56,621 bases of DNA from Octopus sinensis. Its lineage: Eukaryota. The first letter of the stretch is position 1, and the number at the start of each line of letters is the position of its first letter. The translations under genes were made by a program, and so were the position numbers. The notes below the pieces were generated by a model that saw only the letters and a program-made list of their open reading frames with translations, had not been told where the DNA came from and ran no database searches. The stretch spans positions 1-56,621 of the forward strand of contig NW_021833668.1 of NCBI RefSeq assembly GCF_006345805.1. Direction: 5' to 3'. Shown here piece after piece: positions 11,933-24,571 of the stretch.

Positions 11933-12325
11933 GAGGAAGAAGAAGAAGAAGAAGACGAGAAAAAAAAAGAAGGTGAAGGGGGAGGAGAAAAGAAGAAGAA
12001 GAAGAAGGAGGAGGAGGAGGAGGAGGAGGAGAGAAAAAAAGGAAGAAGATGAGAAAAAGACGAAGAAGAAGAAAAAGAGGAAGAAGAAGGAGGAGGAGGA
12101 GAAAAGAGGAAGAAATTGAGAAAAAGACGAAGAAGAAGTAAAAGAGGAAGAAGAAGAAGAAGAAAAAGAAGAAGGAGGAGGAGGAGGAGAAAAAGAGGAA
12201 GAAGATGAGAAAAAGACGAAGAAGAAGAAGAAAAAGAGGAAGAAGAAGAAGAAGAAGGAGGAGGAGAAAAGAGGAAGAAGATGAGAAAAAGACGAAGAAG
12301 AAGAAGAAGAAGAGATGAGCGAAGT
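11830..12325. repeat. (AAT)n plus compound GAA/GGA minisatellite
   Basis: TGAGAAAAAGACGAAGAAG recurs four times at roughly 70-90 bp spacing. Confidence 0.85.
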
Positions 12326-12424
12326 ATAAAGGAAACAATTGGTAGCAGCAATAACTCGGTCTCTCTCCATATATATACACACACACACATATATACATAT
12401 ACATATACATATATATAAGGAGTA

Positions 12425-12757
12425 AATATTCAAACGAATAGTTATTATTATTATTATTGTTATTATAAGCGGTAAATATAAATAATTGACAACAACAACA
12501 ACAAATATGTAGGCGGTGGCAAGCAATAATAGCGTTATATATATGTATGTATGTATATATATGTTTATAGGTATTTATATACATGCATATATATATGTAT
12601 ATAATGTGTGTATATACATATATACTTACATACATACATATATATAACGCTATTATTGCTTGCCACTGCCTACATATTTGTTGTTGTTGTTGTCAATTAT
12701 TTATATTTACCGCTTATAATAACAATAATAATAATAATAACTATTCGTTTGAATATT
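12425..12757. repeat. Near-perfect 130-bp inverted duplication
   Basis: 12425-12554 versus 12627-12757; one mismatch seen. Confidence 0.85.
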
Positions 12758-12759
12758 AT

Positions 12760-12911
12760 TCACGTATATATATATATATATGTATATATATATGTGTATA
12801 TATATGTATTGATATATGTATATATATATATGTACACACACACACATATATATATATAATATATATATATGTTTTTATATATATATATATATATATAGAT
12901 ATATATATATG

Positions 12912-12944
<33 letters not shown>

Positions 12945-13055
12945 ACCACATATATAATATATATATATATATATATATACATACACACATATATATATAT
13001 ATATATGTGTGTATATGCATATATTATATAATAATATATATATATAATATATATA

Positions 13056-13108
<53 letters not shown>

Positions 13109-13290
13109 CATATATATTATATATATGTATATACACAATATATATATATATATATATATACATCACACATATATAATATATATATTGTATATGCATATAT
13201 ATATAATATATATATATATTTATTATATATATATATATATATTATAGATATATATTATATATTAATATATAATATATATATATATTGTGT
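12760..13290. repeat. (TA)n-rich tract
   Basis: Direct reading. Confidence 0.95.
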
Positions 13291-13909
13291 GGTGTTTGTG
13301 TGTGTGTGTGTATCCACAGAGCAGACAATTAAAAGCTGTGATCTGAACACCTGTTCATTGTTTACGATGTCTCAGTAAATGCCGGAGATATTGCAATAGT
13401 TTATCGTCAACATTGTCCCTTTAAAAGAGCATTCCTGACACTGGTCTCTGGTTATTTAAGACTGGCCTTTGGCTAGTCTCACTGTTGTTGTTGTTGTTGG
13501 TTGTGGTGCTGGTGCCTGGTGGTGGTGTCGCTGGTTCTATTTGTGTTGTTGTTCGCGACAGACGTCTCTCTCTCTCTTAATATTGTCATTATGACGAGTA
13601 CACGTGCATATAAGCAGGCGCACGTTCGTATCATTTCATATTGCACAACACACCCACCGATATACACAGCTACTTATATATGTGTGTTTGTGTGTGTGTG
13701 TGTGAATGCATGTACTCCTACACACACATTCATATATATATATAACTGTATGTTTATATACATACATATGTATAAATATTCTTGTATTCTTTTATTTGTT
13801 TCAGTCATTTGATGCGGCCATGTTGGAGCAACGCCTTTAGTCGAACGGATCGATTCCAGAACTTATTTGTTGTAAACCTAGTACTTATTCTATCGTTCTT
13901 ATATTTGTA

Positions 13910-14480
13910 TAACATTCAATGCCGAAATTAGGTCCTGGCCCCTCTAGAGTTTCCCATATATACATTATTGCGTATTTCTCAAACCTTTGCTCCATGGAGT
14001 AATACTGCACTTTTCTCAGCCTATCCCTGTCGCTCCCCACTGCACTGTTATTTTAGTGTAGTGGCGTTGGACTGCTTCAAGCTCCGCTGTTAGCTTGGCA
14101 CTATGTGGTAACTGGGAGCAGAAGTCCAGGCGGCTGAAAACAAAGGTTCTCCGCGGCGCCAGGATAGTTTCTAGGTCTCTTATCTTGAAGGACCTCAGTA
14201 TCTATCCTGTTATGTGTCTGCACTTTGCTACCATCTTGGTAATCTATAATATAAATCGGACATAGGCGATCGTTGTATTCTTTCTTATCTTGAGGTTCAC
14301 AGCCAAACGGCTGGGTGGATTCGCGTGAAAAAGGGCACACATGTGCAGACGGATGTATACATTGGAATGCGGTTTGTATTTTTTCCCTAGCTCCCATACT
14401 TACCGAGAAAATCGATTAAAACTTTTCCAATGGAATTCCGCTGTTTGTTCTGCCATTGACACAACCAGTTGCTCACACAG
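13910..14480 (-). mobile_element. CR1-type LINE ORF2 fragment
   Basis: MVAKCRHITG*ILRSFKIRDLET...SRLDFCSQL..SAKLTAELEAVQRHYTK on the minus strand. Confidence 0.75.
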
Positions 14481-14791
14481 CCGGCCTATACCATTTCGTT
14501 AGCAACAAGGGGAGTACAGGATGACAGTCAGCCAAAACTTTAGCTATGCTGTCTCTCTTCTCTCTCACATACACACACGCACACACACACATACACACAC
14601 ATGCACGCAAACACACATACATACATCCATTTCAAATCAATGTTTTAATGATTAGACAAAGGTTCAATAGAATAGCCCTCAGAAACCGACTACGTATGAA
14701 TTCTTTCTTCACAACTCCTGAAGCTATTTTCTGAGAAGTGGGGAGGTTCCAATCGAAACAGGGGACCCGAAATGATAAGGTTGAGAAACAC

Positions 14792-15167
14792 TTTTACTTG
14801 TTTCAGTCATTCTGACTGCGGCCATGCTGGTGCACCGCCTTTAGTCGAGCAAATCGACCCCGGGACTTATTCTTTGTAAGCCCAGTACTTATTCTATCGG
14901 TCTCTTTTGCCGAACCGCTAGTGACGGGGACATAAACACACCAGCATCGGTTGTCAAGCTAGGGGGACAAACACAGACACACAAACACTCACACACATAT
15001 ATATATATACGACGGGCTTCTTTCAGTTTCCGTCTACCAAATCCACTCACAAGGCATTGGTCGGCCCGGGGCTATAGCAGAAGACACTTGCCCAAGATGC
15101 GACGCAGTGGGACTGAACTCGGAACCATGTGGTTGGTAAGCAAGCTACTTACCACACAGCCACTCCT
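14792..15167 (-). mobile_element. Near full-length OR2-like tRNA-derived SINE with internal (CA)/(TA) tract
   Basis: Minus head AGGAGTGGCTGTGTGGTAAG...GAGTTCAGTCCCAC (A/B boxes), CORE-like CTTGGGCAAGTGTCTTC, conserved 3' tail. Confidence 0.9.
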
Positions 15168-15169
15168 AA

Positions 15170-15597
15170 ACGAAAACGATCATAACCACATCCTCCAAAC
15201 AGACCGGGTGAAACCGGGCTTAGCTGCTAGGAGGACATATAAAATGATGCGTCAGTTGGACATACTGATCCCCAAATCTTTCATTGCCCATGATTCTGGG
15301 ACTGCACTGTCTCCAGGCCCTGTATATGCAGGTCGTGGTGCATTCATGAGTTGATAGCGCAGTGCTTTAAAATTTCCAGCACTAAACTGCATGTTCTTCA
15401 TTTCGGGCCACTTATATATCGAATTCAGGTCCCGCTGTAAAGCTTACGACGTCATTTTGGTTTTTTCATTGCCTGCGTTTGTTTTGTCCCAGCAGCATAG
15501 CTAGTGACAGTGGCTGTCCGAGTGACTGTGGGCATATCTAAGAGGGCTGTTATGAACAGTAATGGTTTCAGAACTGTTCCCTAAGGGGCGCCACTTA
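15170..15597 (-). mobile_element. CR1-type reverse transcriptase fragment
   Basis: SGAP*GTVLKPLLFITALLDMP..TSYAAGTK (degenerate QG and YADD motifs) and KDLGISMSN. Confidence 0.7.
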
Positions 15598-15622
15598 GGA
15601 TATTTATATATGTTAATGTTTA

Positions 15623-15660
<38 letters not shown>

Positions 15661-15670
<10 letters not shown>

Positions 15671-16119
15671 TTATATTATATAGAGGGCATTATTACACAT
15701 AAATGCTGCACGCTAGGAGGGACTCTTAAAGTCAAAACTACTAAAATAAACATATCGTACCGAATGCATGTCTCGAAGCAAGTCATTTAAAAACAGAATT
15801 TAGCTGCAGATCACCAGTGATTTCGTAATCAGTGCAGTGGCTGTGTCCTTTACTCATCAGTACCAGCATAATTCAAGATTTATAATGAAGGAACAAAATC
15901 AACATACCAGACGAACAACTATCGTATCCACCGTAGCATATAGAATTGTTCACCCCTTATAAATGGTGATCTGCAGCTAAATTCTGTTTTTGAATGACTT
16001 GCTTCGAGACTTGCATTCGGTACGATATGTTTATTTTGGTAGTTTTGACTTTATGAGTCCCTCCTAGCGTGCAGCATTTATGTGTAATAATGCCCTCTAT
16101 ATAATATAAATAAATATAT
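15661..16119. mobile_element. Inverted-repeat element, arms about 155 bp, hammerhead at the arm/spacer junction
   Basis: About 15661-15816 is the reverse complement of about 15964-16119; abuts (TA)n. Confidence 0.85.
15796..15874 (-). ncRNA. Type I hammerhead ribozyme, intact core
   Basis: GCTGGTA-CTGATGA-GTAA..TTAC-GAA-ATCAC-tg-GTGAT-C-TGCAGC; predicted AUC cleavage between 15809 and 15808. Confidence 0.8.
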
Positions 16120-16385
16120 TCAAGTGGAAAAAATTGACAGATTTTTTCTCTTATGAGGTTTTTCACGCTAACTACTTGATAATTTCTTATTAAGATTTTA
16201 TCCTATTTTAAATTATATATATATATATATATGTATATATATCACCGTGATCACCGTGACCGACCAGACCGTCAGATGTTGCTATACATCGTTGGTCACA
16301 ATGCGCTTCGCACTGCTTTAGCCTTCAAATGACGCCACCCCGTAGACTAAGCGAGCATGCCAATATATATATATATATATATATA

Positions 16386-17659
16386 CACGTGTTGGACAAA
16401 ATAATGGAAACACCTAGCATCATAACATCATAATTTTTAAACATCTATAAAACCCTCAAATCTTGTTTACTTTTATGCTTTTAGGTTGTATTATTAGTGT
16501 TCCTTAATGTTTTGCTAAAATTGCTCTTTCTTTTTAGATATCATCAGAAAAAGGTAATTAAAATTCATTGAAATGACAGATCTATCGGACTTCCAAAGAT
16601 GTCAAATTGTCGGTGCTCCTATGGCAGGCGCTAGCGTAACGAAAACAACCAAAATGATTGGTGTATCAATAAGTACTGTCTCGAAAGTAATGATAGCCTT
16701 TGAGAAAGAAGGAAAACCTCCTCGTTGAAACAAAATTCCGGAAGAAAACCTAAACTTTCAGATAAGGGCCGTCGGACTCTTATGCGTATTGTTAGAAAGG
16801 ATCACAAAAGTACAGTTCCCAAAATTACTGCAGAGCTTAATGACCACCTCGAGAACTCAGTTTTGACAAAAACTGTTCCCCGGGAGCTGCACAAAGCCGG
16901 ATTTCACGGGAGGACTGCAATCAGAAAACCACTACTTTTAAAAAACATTGCTAAGCGTTTGGAGTGGAGTCAAAACCTACAGAAACGGTTCCTAGAGCAG
17001 TGGAAGAATGTTATTTTCTCGGTCGAGTAATCCTTTACCTTTTTTCCAACCACCGGGCGAGTATATGTGGTGAGACAGCCAAAAGAAGCATTTGACTCAG
17101 ACAGCTTTCTTCCAACTGTTAAACATAAAGGAGGATCTGTGATGATCGGGGTGGGTGCTATATCTTGGAAATCCGCCAGCCCAATAGTTTCCCTTCATGG
17201 CAGACTTAAAAGTCAAGACTATTTAAGCTTTATATCTGATCAAATTCATCCTATGTTTGCGGAACTATTTCCGGAGGGAAAACGCAATCTTTCAGGATGA
17301 TAATGCACCACTTCACACAGCTAAAGTTGTCACTTAATTTGCACGAGGGACATTCTAGTGAAGTTGAACATCTTATCTGGTCACCATAGTCTCCAGATCT
17401 CAATATTATTCAACATTTATGGTGCGTTTTAGAAAAACGAGTAAGGAGTCGATATCCTCCACCATCATCACTACAAGAACTGGAGACTGTTTTAGCTGAA
17501 GAATGGAAAAAAATTCCTTTGGAAACAATTCAAACTTTGTACGAGTTCATACTTCGTGGAATTTAAGTTGTAATTATTGCCAAAAGCGGTCCTACACCAT
17601 ATAAAAATATAAATTTGTTTGAAATTTTAATGTGTTTCCATTATTTTGTCCAATCTTTG
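16386..17659 (+). mobile_element. Full-length decayed Tc1-family DNA transposon; transposase pseudogene about 16573-17603
   Basis: TIR core TTGGACAAAATAATGGAAACAC at both ends, TA flanks; MTDLSDFQR..GRKPKL..WKNVIFS..TVKHKGGSVM..QDDNAP..SPDLNII motifs with stops and frameshifts. Confidence 0.93.
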
Positions 17660-17762
17660 TACATATACATATATGTACATATATGTGTGCGTTTATGTAT
17701 ATATATATATATATCTATTTTTATATATGTATGAATATATACATATGAATATATATATATGT

Positions 17763-17843
<81 letters not shown>

Positions 17844-17844
17844 G

Positions 17845-18200
17845 ATTAGGGCATTGGACTCGCGGTCGGAGGATCGCGGTTTCGATTCCCAGACCGGGCG
17901 TTGTGTATGTTTATTGAGGGAAAACACCTAAAGCTCCGTGAGGCAGGGGGTGGTGGCGACTACTGTTGTATTCTTTCGCTCCAACTTTCTCTCACTCTTT
18001 CTTCCTGTTTCTTGTCCCCGACTTCCAACGCAACCGCTGAACCTGGATGCACATTCATCCATCTGTTGATGCTCTCGGTGTCGGGGGTTGACCTGCTTTC
18101 TCTTCTGCGGGTCTTACGAATAGCAAAGGACTACGTTTCGGACTTCTCCCAGTACAGAAGACCGCTTCGCTCAACAGCAACAGCAACAAGATCCGCACTT
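17845..18200 (+). mobile_element. OR1-like tRNA-derived SINE, tail type 1
   Basis: GGACTCGCGGTCGGAGGATCGCGGTTTCGATTCCCAGACCGGGCG head and AAACACCTAAAGCTCC body. Confidence 0.75.
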
Positions 18201-18229
18201 ATCGACACGTAGGACAGGTGATATGTTAT

Positions 18230-18552
18230 GAATTCCACGTGCATCAACCCAAAGAACCCTATGAAGTGATCTGAACAAGAAAGCTCATCACAATCAAGTT
18301 TTCACAACCTACAAGAAGTGGATTTTCCACGCAGATCAGCGATATGATCAAATTGAAAATACCGATTTAATCAACAAAATTCTGTTCAGTAGCAAAGCAT
18401 GATTCCGCACATATGGAATCATTAATCGTCATAATTGTTGCATTTGGGGAAGCGAGATGGCAACTGAATTTCCTGAACGGGAACCAGACATACAGAAAGT
18501 GAATGTTTGGCTTCGTATGACAAAGTCAAAGGTGTATGGACCTTTCTTCTTC
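18230..18552 (+). mobile_element. Tc1/mariner-superfamily (maT-like) transposase fragment
   Basis: KILFSSKA*FRTYGIINRHNCCIWGSE...KVNVWLRMTKSKVYGPFFF. Confidence 0.75.
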
Positions 18553-18560
18553 TCAGAGAT

Positions 18561-18666
18561 TACCTATTTCTTTACTACCCACTAGGGGCTAAACAAAGAG
18601 GGGACAAACAAGGAGAGACAAATGGATTAAGTCGATTACATCGACCCCAGTGCGTAACTGGTACTG
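18561..18666 (-). mobile_element. OK-like SINE 3' fragment
   Basis: ACCTATTTCTTTACTACCCAC...GTCGATTACATCGACCCCAGTGCGTAACTGGTAC. Confidence 0.8.
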
Positions 18667-18929
18667 TATTATTCAATTATTTCTCAAAATAGAAAGCGAC
18701 ATGAAACACACACAGTCGTTCTCTCTCTGTATCTCTATATCTCTGTATCTCTGTCTCTCTCTTTCTCTCTCTCTCTCTATCTCTCTGTATCGCTGTCACT
18801 CTCTTTCTCTCTCTCTCTATCTCTATCTCTCTGTATCTCTCTCTAAATATATATATGTATATATAGTTGAAATATATAAGAAGGAAAAACAAGCACGTGC
18901 GTTAGTTTGACGCTCAGGAGAATGAAAAA

Positions 18930-18967
18930 GTCTTTTACGTTTCCAGCTCACGCTCTTCGCCAGAAAG
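18930..18967 (-). ncRNA. Minimal hammerhead motif, same family as 9261
   Basis: CTTT-CTGGCGAA-GAGC-gtga-GCTG-GAA-ACGT-A-AAAGAC; followed by a CCTGAGCGT motif as in the 9.3 kb copy. Confidence 0.55.
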
Positions 18968-19647
18968 GAATAAGAGAAAATAAACAGAGAAACAACTTGT
19001 AGATTTCAGCGGTCCAGGGGGGTGGGGAGTGGGTTTAAGAATAGTGGCTGCAAATGTTTCAGAGAGTGGCTCAGAAGTTTCGGTCAATTTAGCCGTCGTC
19101 GGACTGCGATATTTTAATTGGATAAAACTTCGTGGTAACAGTCAACAAGAATAAACTCGTGCGTTATAAAAGCATAGATTAACCACCTCAGATTAGCGTA
19201 AAATTGTTGTTTTTTTTTATAAAAAGAAAAAAGCCAAACATTAACATAAATACATTAAAAGTATTACAAATTCATTCATATCACGAGCGTGATGTAACCG
19301 GGTTAATTCTGGCGGCATGTTGTGCCCTATATGCGGTTTCAATTCGCGCTTAAAACCAATTGACTTCACTTAACCTGATGTCGCTCTTGAGAATGCTCTA
19401 AATGTTACACAATGGAAGTACTTACTTCTCTATCGGTGTTATTGTCGTTGTATTTCAAAGTACAAACGTATATATACGTCTCTTTGTCTGTCTGTCTGTC
19501 CGTCTGTCTGTCTGTCCGTCTGTCTGTCTGTCCGTCTGTCTGTCTGTCCGTCTGTCTGTCTAAAGATCTACAATGTCAATCTACAATGTCTGCATTTGTA
19601 TAGTTGAGTGCATACATACACATATATAAGCATATACTTATGCTTAA

Positions 19648-19727
<80 letters not shown>

Positions 19728-19765
19728 TTATACTTTTTGAAAAAGAAAAAATATATATCTCTTTT

Positions 19766-20165
19766 ACTTGTTTCAGTCATTTGACTGCGGCCATGCAGGA
19801 GCACCGCCTTTAGTCGAGCAAATCGACCCCGGGACTTAGTCTTTGTAAGCCCAGTACTTATTCTATCGGTCTCTTATGAAATTTGGGGTCTGAGTGTAAG
19901 TGGCTTAAAGCAACTCCAGTGATAAACAGGTATATATTTCACCAACCCCGAAAAAATAAAAGGTAAAGTCGACCTCCGCGGAATTTGAACTCAGAACGTA
20001 AAGACGAGCGAAATGCCGCTAAGCATTTTGTCCGACATGCTAACGATTCTGCCAGCTCAACTCCTTCTCCATCCACATAATGAGTTCAAATTCAAATTTT
20101 GGCACAAGGCCAGCAATTCGGATTACATCGACCCTCGGTACTCAACTGGTGCTTATTTTATCGAT
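19766..20165 (-). mobile_element. OR2-like tail plus OK-like SINE fragments
   Basis: Matches both families above. Confidence 0.75.
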
Positions 20166-22088
20166 CTCTCAGGGATGACAGGCTAAGTCGACATACTTGT
20201 CTAACTTTAATGACCAGACTTGCGATCATAAGCATTGCAGCCATGATATCCTTCTTACCTTTGCTTATCAACGACAATGTTGTTCAATATGTCGTTGCTG
20301 TTATGCTTAACTGTCGTATGTCAAAATATGGCCAAATGCATCCTGCTGGAAAATAGCGGCCCGACATAAACCGAGTGAAATAACGGTAGGTATGACAATT
20401 GGGTGGAAGTCGATTACAAGAAGATATTGACTGAGGGGCATGTGGACCGGTTTCTCTGACACATGATTGAAGAAAGAACTTCTTTTTTAAAACTAAAAAT
20501 TATTAATTGCATGGAAATATTCTTAAAAATGAAAGACAGATTCAGACAGATATTGCATCAATCTCTTCTTTTAAAGATATTTTTAGTATCATAAATAATC
20601 TTTAATTCCAGAACCCACTTTTTCAAATACTGTGGGTGAATCCGGAATTTTTTCTAGAAACCATATTTTATACATACATACATGATGGCTGCTCCCTCGT
20701 TATCGAGTATGGCCATTGCACGAAGCTTAACTGTTGTTGGGGCTATGATCGAATGTGACTTTTTAGCCCAGCTAAATTTAATCAGACACTCAATGTTGTT
20801 ATCGTGCACACACTTTCTCTATACTTCACTAGTCTCTGTCTTTCTCTTTTCTCGCCTCTGATTCTTTGGTCTCCTCTTCCCTCACTCTCTCACATTTCTC
20901 TGTCTTTCTCACTTTGCACCTCACTGATTCTGTCGTCAAGCCAATCCTTGGCACGCTCTTTTTCTTCTCCCCTCTTTAATTCCTTCTTTCTCTCTCTTCT
21001 CCCCCCCCCCTTGGTGTCTTTGTCCCTCTTTTTCTCTCTCTCTTTGATTCCTTTGCCCCCTTTTTTTCTCTCTCTTCTCCTCTCACGTGACCGCCGGTCA
21101 ACTAGCCTTTCGACTTCTGACTACCGCCACGACAACATCGTTGTCTTCGTCTTCCGCAAAGGCATTTTTTTCCAAATACGCCAGCTAAGCTTCGTTGAAC
21201 TGTCTAAAGTCGTAAGACACCCGCTGTTTTTATCCTGTTATTACTATTATTGTTTTTTGTATTTATATTCGTGTGGCATCGTCCGTTGTTCTGTACTTGT
21301 TTAGTATACGTTCGATTCTTTTTCCAAGAAATCTAAAACTCGGAGCTTAGTTTTTCCTTGGGGCTGGCTGGATCGGAGCGATCTCAAGATTAATCAGCCG
21401 AAATTGCGAGGATGATCCGGTTCTTGACTGAAGGTTGAAGGCTTCGAATGACCCGTCCGTTTTTTGTGTCGTCTATTTGAGTGTTTTGCATTCTTGTCCC
21501 ATTTCGTAATTTTTATATATTTTTTTATACATATATATATATAAAATTCAGTGTATACATATATACACAGAATACATATGTATATTATATATTCACACAC
21601 ACACACATATGCATATTCATAAACACACACATACACACACACACATATATATATATATATGTACTTATACATACATATATATACTTATATATACGGAAAC
21701 ATATACATTCACGCTTGTGCGCATGTATGTGTATTTCTTACACACACAAAAATACTCAGAAACGTGTTTAAGTTGTTGGAATATATTAGCTCATTGTACC
21801 TACTTACCTACTTACGCCTAGGTGGACTTATATCTGAGTGTCTTAGCCATTGACACGGGGCAGTGCTGGTAAGAGTCCACAAACCGCTGACCTCTCGTCC
21901 GGTGTCCTCACTCATTCACCCTCCACCCACGACGACACACGCGCGCACGCGCGCACACACACTTACGTGCTACACACATAGAATGTGCATGAATATATAT
22001 GCATATAAATTTACATGTGTATGAATGCGTGTACGTATACATAGACACTCACACGCACACATATATGCATATGTATATATATATATAC

Positions 22089-22165
22089 TTTATTAAAAAG
22101 CAGCAAAAATATCACAAAAACTGTTACTCAGACTTTCTGTGATATTTTTGCAGCTTTTTAATAAA
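22089..22165. repeat. Hairpin with 3' half of a hammerhead core in its loop
   Basis: Arms TTTATTAAAAAGC.GCAAAAATATCACA; minus-strand loop GAAA-GTCTGA-GTA. Confidence 0.5.
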
Positions 22166-22243
22166 CTATATTACTCTACCTCTGGTATTTGAGTACTGTT
22201 TTTTCCACTTTGATTCACATTTAAGTGCTTACTCTGGTGTACG

Positions 22244-22340
<97 letters not shown>

Positions 22341-22387
22341 TATATATATATATGTGTGTATGCATGAATATATATGTGTGTGTGTGT

Positions 22388-22510
22388 ATCCATATGAGAT
22401 ACCCGAGGACAAGCCTGTTTCTGGATTAGTTGACTAAACGCCAACATTCCTTCATCAGCTCAGAGATTTCTTCAACTAATCCAGAAACAGACTTGTCCTC
22501 TCATATGGAT
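22388..22510. repeat. Hairpin with 5' half of a hammerhead core in its loop
   Basis: Arms ATCCATATGAG / GAGGACAAG.CTGTTTCTGGATTAGTTGA; minus-strand CTGATGAA at 22451-22458. The adjacent 22560-22670 is related to 44340-44420. Confidence 0.5.
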
Positions 22511-22771
22511 GTGATCTTTCGTTGTTTTTCCCTTATATCTATGTGAGTTATTTCTGAGTATGCATTGTCTGGGAGACTTTTCTTGCAGTAGAAGAAATAG
22601 CCAAATTTTTGGCTGCTATTTCTAAAAGTTCGGTGTGTAGTAAAGTAAATTATTTTACTTTACCCTATTTTTATAAAGTAATATTTCAAATATACCGTAA
22701 ATGGCCTTTTTACATACCGAACACTGCTCGGTCGAATAATTAATAATTAATTAATTTTACCCTTTTTTATT

Positions 22772-22819
<48 letters not shown>

Positions 22820-22876
22820 TATTACATACATACATACATCACATAAATACATAATACATACATACATGCATAAATA

Positions 22877-23285
22877 CATACATACATACATATACTGAGA
22901 TTCAGTTGAATTACGTACTTAAGTTGAAGCACCAAAATTTGTTCGGTATTATCCGTACATTTTCAAAATAGTGTGAATAAAATCAAAATAAGCAACAGGC
23001 TATCCAGAGGTGATTGCAGTGCGACTGTTTCAAGCGGCTCCATTTAGTTGAACAATGTAATCATTACATCAATTTAAATGCAGTGATATCCTCTCCTACA
23101 TAAATAAATTGAATTTTAACTAGTTGGACACATTAATATAGTTCTATTTATTTATTTATGCAGCTGAGGATAGCTCTGCGTTTAAATTGATGCACTGATT
23201 GCATTGTTCAATTAAATGTAGCCGCTTGTAACGGTCGTACCGCATCGTCTCTGGATAGCCTGTTGCTTATTTCGATTATATTACT
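22877..23285. mobile_element. Inverted-repeat element with two decayed hammerheads (23015-23100 minus, 23159-23244 plus) and a left extension
   Basis: Arms about 22982-23117 and 23140-23275; homologous to the 30.9 kb element in opposite orientation. Confidence 0.75.
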
Positions 23286-23439
23286 AAGTAAGGAAATGGA
23301 GAGATATAATGGATTTAAATCAATTTTAATTAATTAACATTAAATGCAAAATTATTTTGTTATATACAGTTTTATGATGTTTTGATATAGTTGCAGACTT
23401 ACAGTATATTCATATATGAATGTGGGTGAGTGTGCGTGC

Positions 23440-23812
23440 GCACAGTAGCTCAGTGTTTAGGGCAGCAGACTCGCGGTCGTAGGATCGCAGTTTCGATTCC
23501 CAGGCCGGGCGTTGAGAATGTTTATTGAGCGAAAACATTTAAAGCTCCACGAAAATCCGGCAGGGTGGTTGGGAGCAAGCCTGGTGTTCTCTTTCACCAC
23601 AACTTTCTCTCACTCTTTCTTCCTGTTTCTGTTGTACCTGTATTTCAAAAGGACCAGCCTTGTCACAGTCTGTGTCACGCTGAATCTCCCTGAGAACTAC
23701 GTTAAGAGTACACGTGACTGTGAAGTATTCAACCACTTGCACGTTCATTTCACGAGCAGGCTGTTCCGTTGATCTGATCAACTGGAACCCTCGTCGCCGT
23801 AACCGATGGAAT
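23440..23812 (+). mobile_element. OR1-like SINE, tail type 2
   Basis: Same head and body as 17845; different sequence after CTTCCTGTTTC. Confidence 0.8.
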
Positions 23813-24465
23813 GCCGTAGTAATATATATATATATATACATATACACGTGCGCGTATATAGAGTAATTACTGGGGTCGTTTCAGTCGGCTAAAATTATTC
23901 GAGGTGGTGCCAAGCATGGCTGCAATCTAATGGCGGCTGAAACAAATAAAAGACGACATTTCTCTGAAATGTGAGAACAAACTACAAGAGCTAAAACCGA
24001 AGAACCAAGAACCAATGACGAAAGAACAGATCAACAAAGGACGACAACAGCAACAGCAAGAACAACAACGCCGACTTACCGAATGACGAATAAGAGACAT
24101 CAGCCAACCATAAACCAGAGAACCACTCTCAATCCAAATTTGACCAAATAAATAAATAACACGGTGTAAAATAATTGATATTCCAACTGACGTGGACTGT
24201 GAGCTGACTGGAAGAAATTGCTTCGTGGTTTTTCTTCCGACTTTACGTTCTGAGATGAAATTCTTCCGAGATCGGTTTTGCTTTTTATTCGAGTAATGAG
24301 ATCGGTGTAATCGATTTAACACCTTCTCCAAAATTTCAGACCTTATGCCTATTGTACAAAAGGTTATTTCAAGGAAAGAAAATGGCGGATCTGCAGCCTG
24401 AAATGACGTTTTCAAAAGCTACATATTATTCGTTGATCTACGATGGTGTTTGTTTGTAAAATATC

Positions 24466-24571
24466 ATGGCTTCCAGTTACGTTATTTACTGCAAGTGTGG
24501 ACGCCATTTTGCACCTGCTACGTTTGAATTTGATATGAAGGAAGGAACTCTTTGTAATAATGCAACCGATG
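24466..24571 (+). CDS. Candidate coding exon of host gene
   Basis: ATCATGG start context (or acceptor TTCCAG at 24476), frame MASSYVIYCKCGRHFAPATFEFDMKEGTLCNNATD, donor G|GTCAGT; non-repetitive sequence. Confidence 0.35.

Noticed and set aside
13320-13480. Coding-like frames on both strands (e.g. DNVDDKLLQYLRHLLRH on minus)
   Set aside because: Conflicting strands, weak splice sites, and too short to exceed chance.
14792-15167. tRNA gene or CRISPR-like array
   Set aside because: The A/B boxes belong to SINE heads with no cloverleaf, and there is no regular repeat-spacer structure anywhere in the window.
19085-19125. Minus-strand CCGACGA..GAAAC motif
   Set aside because: No NUH triplet or stem I support.
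24375-24515. YY1-like motifs (AAAATGGCGG, CGCCATTTT) as a promoter
   Set aside because: Short motifs expected by chance; one lies within a decayed SINE flank.
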